64,000 bases of DNA from the human T2T-CHM13v2.0 reference genome, Homo sapiens. Below, one piece after another: positions 50,610-64,000 of the stretch; the first letter of the stretch is position 1; every line of letters begins with the position of its first letter. A program made the translations under genes and the position numbers. The stretch is from NCBI RefSeq assembly GCF_009914755.1, contig NC_060928.1, one strand, 5' to 3'. A model generated the notes under the pieces. The model saw only the letters and a program-made list of their open reading frames with translations, ran no database searches and was not told the DNA's origin.

Positions 50610-52734
50610 GGCAGGACTGGAGATATCATTAGTAGTCAAAGTAAACGTCCACAGACCACAGCAGGAATAAAGACTGTGTTAGGAAAAAAATAAATAAATA
50701 AATAAATGAAGTCAGTAGTCTGTCTTAGAGTCATCCTCTTCTCTTTCCACTTTTCCCACTACCTCATCTTGAGAAATACGACCTTGCTATCTCTAGGTTA
50801 TGAAGATATATATCAATACTCTGTTTTTCCAACCAAGAAATGAGACACTTTTCATTACATTTTATTCTTCTAGCATCAGGTAACTTTTACCTCCCCAGTG
50901 TATCAGCTGCTAATCTGAGAAGGGTTTACCTGCTGAGGCTGAGGGTAGAGGGTTTTGCTAAGGCTCTGCTCTAGAAGAAGACACACTTTGTCAGTCTGAC
51001 TTTCCTGGGGAATGGATTTGGAGGATGGGGAGTTAAGAGAAGTGTGGCCTGCAGAAATGGACTTTAGTTGGCTCTCTGTGGCCTTTTCCTTTGAAGTAAA
51101 GCTGCTATTTCCTTATTGAAATCTAAGATTTTCCAAAATCTTAGAAGTGTTTGTCTGACTCTGAACTCAGAGGGAGTAACTAGCCAGAAACAGCCGTAAA
51201 GAAAGAGAAGCCCTAGTAACCTTTGAACCACCACAACAAAAGATCATTTCACTGGGAGATGGGAGGTCAGGGGCTTAGTCTGGCTTTACCACTAATAAAC
51301 AGTACAACCTTGATCTAGAAATCTTCTCTGCCCCTCAGTTTCCTTTTCCTTACATGAGGAATCGCCACTGGCTTCTGTCTTGATCCCCCTACTGCTTTAG
51401 AAATTCTCTGAGCTATTATAGATAATGATGGCAAGACTTTTTCATCTTCAGTGTGCTTCTGTGATAAAAAATTACTAGCACAAGTTTCCTAGCCTCATAT
51501 CAGAGATGTCTTCGTGGCTGGCAAAAGAGATAATGAACAGGTTCTTCTTTCTAAACTTGCTCAACTAGAGCAGTACTATTGTATCTGTTATTGCCATAGT
51601 TTGAAAAACCAAGCTCTAATGGTAATCAAAAAGAAGAGGGGACAGAGTTTGGAAATCACTGGCTAGGGCAAGTATACAGGAATATCATGGAATTCAAGGA
51701 AACCAAATAAATCCCCAGGCCTTCAATAGGTGCAGGTATTCATATTTTACTTTTCAATATTTGGTTGTTATCATGCTAACAGCCTCGAAAGAGGCAAAGT
51801 GCAGTCCTAAGCGGAGTGTCAAGGTAAAAAGAAATAGCTATTGTACATAACTGAGTTGTAAACACTAAGGAAATAATATTGTTGTTAGCCAAGAACAGAT
51901 GGTCAAACTCATACTGTTCTATTGAGTCACACTGGTGGAATGTGAAACAATCTGGAGAGCAAGGGGTATCCCCTAAGAACATGGACAGCAACACTATCTT
52001 TGTCCATATCTTAGAGTCAATGAGGTGTCATTTTTCTCTCTCTTGAAATCATTTGTAGGATATGAAGGCTGTTGTCCCCATTGTGACAAATCATAGTAAA
52101 GAGGTCAAGACACAGCTACAGACCCTCCTTTCTCAGATAGTGACCTTCTTATTTCAAAGGTCATGGGAGAAGGAGCCTTTCACTTTGTGATCATTGTTTC
52201 AAATGCAGTCCTTTCCTTGGCTACTAGCCTTTGTAAAAGAGGTGGATAGTCTCAGCCCACTACTTAACAGTGAACATCAAAAAGTATTGCTGGCTGGCTA
52301 GAAGAAAGGAAAATATGGCTTAACTAATCTAATATTAAAAGTATCCTCAACTGCTTTTGAAGTTCAAGATAGATCAACAGACCCCCCTTTCTATTATGAT
52401 TATTACTATTTGCTTTCCTTATCATCTTTGCAGTAATAAATCTGCTTGTTTTCTTTTAAAGCAGACTTGCAACACTCTTAAGGGATCATTTTCTTTTCCC
52501 AAATTTTGTTTTTATCAGCACAATTTCCCTTTGTGTTTCCCTCATCCTCTGTACCACCTTCTCTTCTTTCTCATCATCTAAATCTTCTTTGAATTGTCCT
52601 ACAAGAAATTAGGAGGACAAAAAGCCATGTTTTCCTCTTGCAGGCTACTCAAAAAGATTTATAGTTATACCAAGGCAAACCAAGGAAAATTAAAGTGAGG
52701 GGAGAATTACTTTTGCTTAAATTTATCTTTAAAA

Positions 52735-52930
52735 GCACCTACTATGTCCCAGGAACTGTAGATTCATTAAAATATATTAATATTTTCTCATTTAATCTTC
52801 CAGCTTCTCCTTTAAGGAAGGTCATGGGTTTCCCATTTTACGGCAGAGAAACTGAACCTTAAAGATGGCATTAATTTTCCCAGAGTGACAATATTAATGA
52901 CAGGTAGAGTTAATATTTAACTCCAGGTCT
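52735..52930 (-). mobile_element. MIR remnant
   Basis: agcacctactatgtcccagg..ctcatttaatcttcc..cccattttacggcagagaaactga. Confidence 0.75.
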
Positions 52931-54289
52931 TCTCCTTTTACTCCTTTTCAATTTGACACCTTTAAGCCCTGGACTTTGGACAAAAACATCTTACCTGAAG
53001 CTTTCTTACATTTCTCTTCTAAGTTTTCTTCACAATGACTGAATGTCTTCCCCTATGTTTAACCTGAGGTGTTCAAGAATACTACTACAACATTACACAG
53101 CTATCTGACTGGACAGCCTAAATAAAATGTTTGAGTCAAAATGAATATGGGTTACCCGAGGCAGTGATAGTGACTAAGGCCTCGGGCAGCTAGCCTTGGG
53201 GTTGAAGCCCACCCAAGGCGTGGGCTAGCGGGAGTATCCTGTTTATCCTGGCCAACGTTAGTCATCCAGCCAATGTCTAAGCCTAGACCATCTGTGGGCA
53301 GTTATTTCAAAGAATCTATCTCCTTGTCTTTGAGGACAAAGGGAGTGAATTATCATTCCTCTTTTTCTACTCATGATTGCTACTGAATTGAAGCATCATG
53401 GCTAGGAAGAAATATGCTGTTTTCCCAGTTACTCCCTTTGAAGAATCAATTTGTGATTAGCTATAGATGTCAGAATCTAGACCTTTCTTATATATGTAAT
53501 TCCTATAGACATCCTTCCACATGTTTCTAATTTAAAATACTTAGTCCAAGAGTTTTTTAAGTGGCATGGTGAGGCAAATTTGCATCCCTATTGATAATTT
53601 TACAAAGGTATTTTAGATTAGTTGGAGTTATTCAAAGCACAAAGACTGCTGCATGAAGGGACTAGTGACTTGTTAAGCCCTCAGGCAAGCAAAAGTCTTC
53701 AATTGAAATTCTAATTCCATAGATACATTCCATTTGTATTTGAAGGGGTATACCATATGAAAAGACCCTATGGTGCCATTTTTGTCCCACTGGACAGCAA
53801 GTGGAAAAAATTCTTTACATTTATTTCCTTCATAAATGGCTTTTAAAACACACGTAAAACTAAATAGAAAAATGTGGACACAGCTAATTGCCATAGCTCC
53901 TATTATTTATTTTTATTGAGGTAAATTATTATGTACTATGCGTCAGTAAAAACAGTACTTTAGGAAGTCAATGCACTTCGTAATATTCTTTCTTTCTGTC
54001 TATCTGGATTTCCATCAGAAGATTATTATCACTGTATACACCCACATCCAGCATGCCTAACTTGCTAACGGGAAGAAATTTCTCATTTTTCAGAATCTAT
54101 TTAGTCTGGTATACAAATTAACTATTGCCTGGTCTGGGAATACAGTAGCCTGCCTACTTTCATTTAATATCTTATAGATCCATCACATTTTTAACTCCTT
54201 TTACTGAAATGTTCACAATGAACTACTCTAGAAAGGGAATCCTGTACTGCATATTAAACAATTGATAAATTAACTACAAAAACTCTGAG

Positions 54290-54450
54290 TAGATATTAAT
54301 AGAATTTCCCATTTTTAACATGAAAAACTGAGCCACAGAGAGGTTTTTGGGCTTACCCAAGGTCACACAGTTCATAAGTATAGAAGCCTGACTTAGAGTT
54401 CAGATAACTGGTTTTAGAACTGGCACTTTAAAGTATCATGTTTGCATTGC
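54290..54450 (-). mobile_element. MIR remnant
   Basis: cccatttt..gaaaaactgagccacagagaggtt..cttacccaaggtcacacag. Confidence 0.75.
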
Positions 54451-55537
54451 CTCATGTCATCTAGCAAGTGATAAATATACCGTGTCTTAAAAAACACATT
54501 TCAAACTTATTAAGTATACATTTATATTAAGCATTTGGTGTTTATTTTATGACTACACACAATTCCAGTCATAAATATGTAACTTAAAATTCTATGGCCA
54601 ATCACAAAAAATAAATCATAGTGATTTTGTCTGATATCCAAAGAAGGATGCCTCAAGCATACAGGAAACAGGCATTCGGTCAATGAAAACGTCGCAATAC
54701 TGTATCTCGATTGAATACTCTCTTTAGTGGGTCTAGAAATGAAAAATTAATCTTCTGAAACCTTGTGAAGGAAAAATGATTATATGGTGCCCTTTGTTAG
54801 CAGTAAAACCTTGCCGTAAAATCACCATTAAAGTGTTGCTGGTTCTGACAACTTATGATGAAGGAAACACAAAAGGTGTATTCAAATACGTTTCTGAAGG
54901 ACAATAACAGGAAAAATCAAAGTTAGTGCGATGACTGGCTATTTTCTTGGTGAAGGTGAGATTGTAAGGGGGAGGCAGTTCTGTTACTACTAACCTTGAG
55001 AGTATCTTGAACTTTATCAAAATAGCTATTTGTCAGAAACATTAAAGCAACCTGTTGAGCCCAAGAAGTTACAGTGGAAGTAAAAATGCATTATTGTTGC
55101 CCTCACCATTTCTCCCGCTTATTTTTGCACATCCCATCAATCTGCATTTGCTTTTTCCCATGTTAAGTATACACCCTATCTTCTCCCATGATCTATCTAT
55201 TCCTTGCACAAAGGCCTCCCAACTGCTTTCTACCTAGGCTACTTTTATGCTTCTCCAAACTGTCATCAGATTATCAGCTTGATCTAGTTAAAACAAAAAC
55301 CTGATCAGGATGCCCTACTCCAAAGTTTTCAGTCTTCCTTTGCCTGCAGAATAAAATCTATACTCCTAGCAATGATCTGCTCTTCCTTAAGTGCCCAAAT
55401 CTCACACTCTCTGAGTGTCTTGTAGTTTCCTGACATACGGCAACTTACATGTTCCTACTTAGTTTTTGCATCTTTTCTTATGCTCCTTCCACAATGATGC
55501 ATAACCCAATATATTATATAAGTCTATTCTATTTTGA

Positions 55538-55832
55538 TTTTTTTTTTTTTTTAGAGTCTCACTCTGATGCCTAAGCTGGAGTGCAGTGGTATGATCTGGC
55601 CTTGCTGACTGCAACCTCCGCCTCCGGGTTCAAGTGTTTCTCATGTCTCAGCCACTGGAGTAACTGGGATTACAGGCCTGTGCCACCACACCCGGCTAGC
55701 TTTTGTATTTTTAGTAGAGGTGAGGTTTGACCACGTTGGACAGGCTGGTCTCAAACTTCTGGCTTCAAGTGATCTGCCTGCGTTGGCCTCCCTAAGAGCT
55801 GGGATTACAGGCGTGATCCACTGCACCTGACC
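55538..55832 (-). mobile_element. Alu SINE (older S/J type) with TSD CTATTTTG
   Basis: Antisense dimer with poly(T); ctattttg at 55529-55536 and 55833-55840. Confidence 0.93.
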
Positions 55833-55889
55833 CTATTTTGCTTTTTATTCATCTTCTTTTTTCCCAGCACTTAACATATTGCACTTATC

Positions 55890-56135
55890 AAATAATAATT
55901 GCTAAGTCTCCCCATGTGCCAGGTACTGTCCTAAGGACTTCATGTATATTCACTGCTTTATTCTCACAACAAACATATGAAATAGATATTATAAAATCAT
56001 AATAGTTTTATAGCGGAGGAAAGTGAGCTACTGAGGGCTAAGCATTTCATTTACAACCACACAAGTGATAAGTGGCAGAGCTGGGTTTTTAGCTTGTATA
56101 GTTCATGCACTTGACCATTACATCACTCTGCCTCA
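55890..56135 (-). mobile_element. MIR
   Basis: atgtgccaggtactgtcctaagg..ggaggaaagtgagc..aagtggcagagctggg. Confidence 0.75.
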
Positions 56136-56164
56136 TGTTACAGAGGGTGTTCAACTAGTATTTG

Positions 56165-56420
56165 GAGGCAGTGTAGACTCCCAGCCAAGATCCAAGCACT
56201 GGAGTCAAACATAGAAGCTAACATCTTAGCCCCTTACCTAAACTGAGGAAACAAATACCAGCAATCATATTCCCCAGCATGAGACCCACCATCACTACAA
56301 ACTGATAATAACAGAATCTACTTCAGATATAATAAGAATTAAATGAGACAAAGTATGTGAAGCCTTTGACACAATGACCTGTGTGTTTTAAACATGCAGA
56401 ACATGTAATGGATTGTGTAA
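56165..56420 (+). mobile_element. MIR remnant
   Basis: gaggcagtgtag..ctggagtcaaac..aagaattaaatgaga..atgtgaagc. Confidence 0.55.
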
Positions 56421-59400
56421 TTGTATTCTTTTTAATTAGGAGATAAACTTTTTTCTGTTTTAACATTTCTGAAATTCAGATAGCTTACATTCAATGTAAG
56501 AAGAAACTTAACAACTATTTTTTTTTCTTCCCAAAAGGCTATTTTAATTAAATGGGGAATTTTATAAGCAATGGTATCTTAAAATCAATATAATACTAAA
56601 TAATTATTTTTACTAAATAAAGAAGCCTTTTTCTATAGTCCATCCTATTTTTTGCCATCACAATACCAGGATGAGTCTCTCTTAACCTTCTAAAAATTTT
56701 GTATGCCAATCCTCAACCTCACTGCCCAATATTATCGTTATATTTTATAGCTTTGCTGATATACCTCCCTGCAATTGATTACAAAATCTTTGACAGCAGA
56801 AATTTTCCTTTCCTCTTTTTGTTTTAATCTGCCAACCATCTCTCCTCCTCCTCCTCCTCACTCCAGTGTTGGACATTGTATATGTGGTGCTCCACGTTTA
56901 ACATGCATTTTAATTATTTTTTGAGTGAAATTAACAAAAATATGAAGTCACCAAAATGCAGATATACCCACGCTAAATCTTCATGGAAGAAAAATAGAAG
57001 GAAGAGCAGCAACATCTGACATAATTAGGGTGACTGGAGCCATGTGGAGTTCATTTTCTTGCTTGGCTGTCAGTCAAAGTTGGGGATCTTGTAAAAGGAA
57101 GCTCTAAATTATGGAAAACAGCAGTCAAGCTGTACTGAACCTCTAAGCTCACACATAAGTGAAAATTATGCATGTAACTCCATTTTTTCGGTGAATTGGA
57201 AAGAGGATCCAGTAGGTACTTTCCAAAATGGAAGCAATGCTGTGTTTGTCTTTTCATAAATACTGTGTTAACATTCTTTCCAATATTACAAGATTATTTC
57301 TCAGGACTGGCAAACAGCCCATGCTCATATTGTCTGACTGGTTTAAATAGAGTTAATTCTTTTTGATAGAGAAATCTTACATAGCAGATGGTTCACAAGT
57401 CTCTGTCTATTTAGTAACCAATCTGTCATATCCAAGATGTCATCATTTTGGAAAATAACTTCTATGAAAGTATCTTCTTCATGTTTTGAAAATATGACCT
57501 CAGATATAATTCTTTTTTATTAGTTTTGAAGTTTTCATGTTACAGTTTAAAATGTATATTTGTGTGTGAATGTGGTCTCTAAATAATTGATGCCTATGGC
57601 TGCCTGGACAGAAGAAATTTTAAGAGCCACGAAGCTCACATGGGATATGAAGTGTTGCGGTTTTATGACTATTCATACCTAAAGTAAATTAGTTAAATGA
57701 CAATTTATTTTACATTTCATGTGCTTTTAGAAATTACTTTTACTATGAAATTAGACTTCAGATCTGAGTTAATGTCAAAAAAATAGAAAAACTGCTATGG
57801 GATGAACCAAACATGCCACTTTTTTCCCCTATCTGGCAATGATTTATTATTTTGATATATTGATATTTTATTATACTGAATAAATAAATTCATTGCAGAG
57901 TAGTAAAAACTACATTAATGAGCTCAGATAAAATATAACTACTTAATGACTTTTCAAGCTCATAAATATTTATTCTATTAAGCATGATATAAAATACTGG
58001 TTATGATGATATTTTTCTTATCCCTTAGCAAGTTTCATCTGATACATTTTATATGCAGAAATGACACATTTGCAGCTGACATGGTATGGAGTTTTTACCA
58101 CTACTCCATTTAAATGTCCCTCATGAAATGATCAGGCAAAAAGCTTCATAGGGAAAAGCTAGCACATATTTTTTAAGTGAGAGTGAGTTTTCATTAGTAA
58201 TTTAATTTTGAAAGTTCAAAAAACGTTTCAAAACATATCAATTGTTGGTTCAAAACAATGGACACCACGGTACCCTGGAGAGTACTCACAAGCAGAAATT
58301 CTGAGTTCTATCCCAATTAGATATGTGACTTTAACAAAAAGAAGAAGAAGACAAAGAAGAACAACAACAAGAACAACAACTTTTCTGGTCCTTGGTTTCT
58401 ATCACTGCAAACATGTAATTCACCCTGGTTGATTTCAAGATGCCTTCCATTTCCAACATCTTCTAATTCAATATGTAATTATTTGTTTTCTACCAAAATA
58501 TTCTCTCATTTTTTTTTGCAGAAAGATAATTGCTAAAGGCAATATTACTTGGGCCTTGAAGACATTTCTGGCCAGACGAAGAGTATAGATAACTCTAAAA
58601 ATATTAAAAATTATTTAAAACAAGGAAATGAACAAAAGCTTATATAGGAGCAGGGAAAAGAATGTGGAATCTAAGAAAGAAGAATGGAAGGAAGCTCTCA
58701 AGGAAGAAGGATAGATTTTCTAGTCAAAATATGCCCTTTTTAAGAAAAATCTGTTATCCCAATTATTCTTTAAGTGTTTAACAATTTAGGATTTTTATGT
58801 TGTCTTTAGTCATTATCCTTTCATAAAAATATGAGTTATGTCAGTGGCCAATTTCTGTTTTGGCCTGTGCTGGTGGCCCTGCAGGAACAAGACTATATTG
58901 TTTGAACTCCACAGAGTAGTGTAAAAGGATATTGATTGATGGATCTGTCTATTCTTCTATACATATGCAAATTATATTTGCATTAATATTAATATTTTCT
59001 AGATACAAAAGAAAATATTTTCTGTATCATTATATGATAATAATAATAAATATTAATCGTTTCTAGATTTAAATGTAAATTAAACACACTACAGTTATTA
59101 AAACTGATCTCATGATGTGCTGCTATGAATTTGTTGTTTGCCTTTCTAACACTGTGCTGTTATTCACATTGATAACACCAGGAGGCACATAGAGGAGACT
59201 CTGCATCTGTTACTATGGTGACTATTAGGCATATTTTAAAAGAAGTGCAACCATCATGTATGCATAAACTTAAAATATTATTGTCCAGCTTCTTTAGAAT
59301 TGTTGAGAATTAGACATCATATTAAAAATATTTTTTGAAGTCATATGTTTTCTGTTTTCCTTCTCAAAGAAAACATAGCTAATTTCAACAATACAGACAA

Positions 59401-59789
59401 ATAAACTGAGTTTTTATGGATAGTAAATCACATCCTCTGTTTTTCTCTAAAAATATTCAAATTATTATTTTGTATGTAGGCTTGGGAGATAGCCACATCT
59501 GTCTCATATCATTAACTTTGCCACTTATTTGATGTGTATTGTAATCTGTAACATAAAAGGAATCATAGACAGGAATTTGAATAAATAAGAGATATATTTG
59601 GTTTGAGTATACTAACCAAAATTATTTTTAGAATGAGGAGACAGATAAAATTTTACTTCGTAGCATCTATTTGAATTAAAGTGTCATTATTAACTTCTTG
59701 GATATTTCTTTTCACATCATGAATCATAATAGCATATTGATACTGATGTATTCTGAGCTTGCATTTCTACTATTTTATTTACTCCTTTT

Positions 59790-60215
59790 CTTCAACAAGT
59801 ACCAACTATGAATATCAGGCGTTGTGTTAGGTTCTGGGAGACAATGGTGATAGAGTAGATGGAGAAAAGAAAAGGGCCCAGGAATAGCCTCGAGAATATC
59901 TAATATGCAGACCTTGGGTCAAGAAGAATGATTAAGTAAAAGGGACTAGGAAAAGCCAACTCTACGGGGTAAAATGAATACAGGAATGTGTTGTAATAAT
60001 AAAAACAGGACAGTGAAAGGTGAGAAAAAAAAGTGCATTTTCAGTAGCCAGAGATGTGGAGTGTATCTAACAGAGGATAGTGAAAATAGAAAAATTATAC
60101 AGTAGATTTGGAAACATAGAAGTTATTGGTGACCTTGACAAAAGATGTTTTAGTGGTAACGTAATAATTGGAGCTAAAATGAAATGAGAATGAAGAGTGA
60201 CTTGCAGATGTTATA
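59790..60215 (-). mobile_element. L2 fragments
   Basis: tcaacaagtac..tcaggcgttgtgttaggttctgggaga; tagatttggaaacatagaagttattggtgaccttga. Confidence 0.65.
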
Positions 60216-60232
60216 AAAATAATTTTAAAAAA

Positions 60233-60553
60233 GGCCGGGCGGGGTGGCTCACGCCTGTAATCCTAGCACTTTGGGAGGCCAAGGCGGGTGGATCACGAGG
60301 TCAGGAGATCAAGACCATCCTGGCTAACACGGTGAAACCCCGCCTCTACTAAAAATACAAAAAAAAATTATCCGGGCGTGGTGGCGGGCACCTGTAGTCC
60401 CAGCTACTCGGGAGGCTGAGGCAGGAGAATGGCTGAACCCGGGAGGAGGAGCTTGCAGTGAGCCGAGATCGCGCCACTGCACTCTAGCCTGGGCAACAGA
60501 GCGAGACTCCATCTCAACAAACAAAACAAAACAAAAAAACAAAAAACAACACA
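60233..60553 (+). mobile_element. AluY SINE
   Basis: Y diagnostics: gatcacgaggtcaggagatcaagaccatcctggctaacacggtg and gagcttgcagtgagccgagatcgcgcc. Confidence 0.96.
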
Positions 60554-60556
60554 TTA

Positions 60557-60891
<335 letters not shown>

Positions 60892-60915
60892 TATGTATAA
60901 TTCAATGAGATTTAA

Positions 60916-61230
<315 letters not shown>

Positions 61231-62371
61231 TAATTTATATATAGCTAAATGCATGCATTTTAAGTGTATAATTTTATGAGTTTTGTCAGATGTATACAAT
61301 GATGACACAGAACATTTCTATCACCCCAACATTTGTTTTTGTCATTTTGTAGTCGTTACCTCCTTTTATCTGATGCCCAGGCAACTACTGATTTGCTTTT
61401 TATCAATATAGATTAGTTTGCATTTTCTAGAATTTTGTGTAAGTAGAATCACACCATATGTATTCTTTTGATTATGGCTTTTTTTCACTCTGCATAATGA
61501 TTCTAAGTTTCATCATTGTTGCTGTGTGTAGCACTTTATTATTTTTCATTACTAGCAGGCATTTGATTTTATCTTTATATTATGTAATTATGTCATGTTT
61601 ATTCATTTACCTGTTAATGAACATTTTAGTAGTTTTCAGTTTTTTTGCTATTATAAATAAAGTTGCTATGTAAAAATCTTCATAAGGACATATATGTTCA
61701 TTTCCAATGGGTAAACAGCTTTGAATGGAATTAGTAGGTTCATTGGTAGATGTATATTTAACTTTAAGAAATTGCCAGTTTTTCAAAGTGATTTACCATT
61801 TTATAATTATATCAGCAGTATATGAGAACTATATTTGCTCTACAATTGGTATTCTCAATATTTTTAATTTTAGTCATTCATACGAATGTGTAGTGATGTT
61901 TTATTGTGGTTTTAATCTGCATCTCTTTAGTGCCTGATGGTGTTGATCATCTTTTCATTTTTCTTTGTTCTTGTCTCTTTCTAAAGAGGATGGAGGACAG
62001 CAGTTATGAGGACCCCATGTGGGGTACCTAACCTTAGCTGTTGAGCTCATTTCACTGAATCCGTTCCAAGCTCTCACTTAGGAGACTTCCCCTGAACTCC
62101 TCCCCAGGGGTGGGGTCTGCAGCATCCCCTGCCCCGTCTGACCTCAAGCAGCTCTGTTTTCTGGGAATTCACCTCCTTGCAACTCAAAGAGAGCCTTGTT
62201 AAGGTTGCTTCTGACCCTAGTCTCTGATCTTCCCAAGGGACATGGGGCTGGAGTGACATGACGCACTCAGCTCATGGCCCCATGACTCTCTAATGAGTTT
62301 CACTCTGCCGTATTTTGTTTTTCCTGCTCTTATTAACTATTTATAACTCTTTCCTGAAGTGTCTGTACAAG

Positions 62372-62781
62372 TATTATGGGCTGAATTGTGTCCCCCCAGA
62401 ATTCATAAATTGAAGTCCTAACCCCAATCCAATACCTCAGAATATAACTGTATTTGGAGATAAAGTCTTCAAAAGGTAATTAAGTTAACATAAGGTCTTT
62501 AGGGTATGCCCTAATCCAGTCTGTCTGGTGTCCTTTATAAGACACTAATACAGACACACTGGAAGATAAGGCTAGAAACATACACAGACAGAGGAATGAC
62601 CATGGGAAGAGGGTGAGAAGGAAGCCATCTGCAAGCCAAGGATGGAAACTGCAGAAGAAACCAAGTCTGCTGACGCTTTGACCTCGGGCTTCACCTTTCA
62701 GACTCTGAGAAAATGCATCTTTGTTGTTTAAGCCACACATTTTGGGTTATTTTGTTATGCCAGCCACGGAAAACTAACACA
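62372..62781 (+). mobile_element. MLT1A/B-type MaLR LTR
   Basis: tatgggctgaattgtgtcccccc..gaagtcctaacccc..gtatttggagata..ccctaatcca..gttgtttaagccac..aaactaacaca. Confidence 0.88.
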
Positions 62782-63329
62782 ACAAGTTTTATTTTATTTC
62801 TTTATGTTTTCAGTAGTTTTCAGTTTGGGTTCAGCCCTGACTCTTAGGGCTTCATTGTCTTATTAAATTGTGAGAGTTTTCTAAGTATTCTAGATATAAG
62901 TTTTTGACAGAAATTTTAATTGAGAATATTTTCTCCCATTCTGTGGTTAGCCTGTTTAGTTGCTTAATGGTATCTTTCAAAATGAAAATGTTTTTCATTT
63001 TGACGAAGTTCTATTTATCATGTTTTTATTTCAGAGTTTTTGTTTTTATGTTAAGATTTTCTTCTATGTTTTCTTCTGAATGTTTTATAGATTAGCTTTC
63101 ATATTTAAGTTAATGATCCATTTCAAGTTGACATTTAAATACGGTCAAAATTTTAAAAATTATTTTTTTCTATATGAATACCTATTTGTTCTGAAACCAT
63201 GTTGGAAAAGATTTTACTTTTCCCATTGAATTGCCTTGGCATCTTCACTGACAATCAAATAAACCTATATATGTAGGTCTATTTCTGAATTATTTGTTTC
63301 CTGGATCTAAACCTATTCTCCTCTGTAAG

Positions 63330-63647
63330 CCCTCCCTGGACTGATGATGGGGTTATATCCCAAAAAACCTATGATAAGTTGAAAATATAGTAAGTTGAAA
63401 ATGCATTTAAAGCACCTAACCTACCAAACATTATAGCTTAGTCTAATCTACCTTAAACATGCTCAGAACACTTACACTAACCTACACTTGGGCAAAATAA
63501 TCTAACACAAAGCTTACTTTATAATAAAGTATTGAATATCTCGTGTAATATTTTAATACTACATATTATGCCAAAATCAGGATGGTTTTGTGCCATCATA
63601 AAGTTGAAAAATTTTAAGATGAACTCTCATAAGTGGGGGACCATTTG
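63330..63647 (+). mobile_element. MER47A (Tigger5-derived) DNA transposon
   Basis: gatggggttatatccc..aagttgaaaatgcattta..cctaacctacc..ccttaaacatgctcagaacacttac..aagtgggggaccatttg. Confidence 0.85.
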
Positions 63648-64000
63648 CATGTCTATTCTTTCCCCAATACCACTCTATTTTTAACTCTTATACCTTTAAA
63701 GTGAGTCTTGAAATCAAATAGTGTTAGTCCTCAAGGTTTGTTCTTTTTCTTTTTTAAAGCTTTGATTATCCTAGATAATTTGAATTAGTTTGTCAAATTC
63801 TATCCAAAAAGTATGCTGAAGTTTTGATTAGGGTTACTTTAAATCTACAGATAAATTTGGGGAGAATTTACGTCATAATAATGTAAAATCGTCCAATCCA
63901 TGAGAGCAGTATGTCCTTCATTTATTTTGGTCTTTAGTTACTCTCAGCAATGTTTGACACTTTTCAGTCTGCAGATTTCATACATATTTGTTAAATTTTC

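Noticed and set aside
54854-54900. ATGATGA...CTGA resembling snoRNA C/D boxes
   Set aside because: Only about 43 nt long, no convincing terminal stem, and no known plus-strand host intron.

Overview
Mammalian, very likely human, genomic DNA: AT-rich, with Alu, L1PA, THE1, MIR and L2 repeats. It contains the 5' end of PDGFC on the minus strand. Coding exon 1 is 46567-46450 (MSLFGLLLLTSALAGQRQGTQAESNLSSKFQFSSNKEQN-G, ending at a G|GTGAGT donor), with its GC-rich 5'UTR and CpG-island promoter at about 46.6-47.8 kb. Positions 1-46449 are intron 1; exon 2 lies outside the window. Positions from about 47.9 kb to 64 kb are upstream intergenic sequence. The other ORFs in the track appear to be repeat-derived or chance ORFs. 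Highlights: (1) a 53-codon uORF whose TGA overlaps the weak-context PDGFC start codon (ATGA), with a second uORF nested inside it; (2) a 62-nt frameshifting cassette-exon candidate; (3) an AmnSINE1-like ancient element in intron 1; (4) a non-Alu 83-bp inverted duplication; (5) a multi-stem self-complementary element about 6.6 kb upstream of the ATG; (6) paired TCF/LEF sites and a CArG/NF-kB/HRE/RUNX motif cluster; (7) well-preserved nested and rearranged transposons. Repeat subfamily names come from recalled consensus sequences and need RepeatMasker/Dfam confirmation; boundaries of old repeats are approximate.
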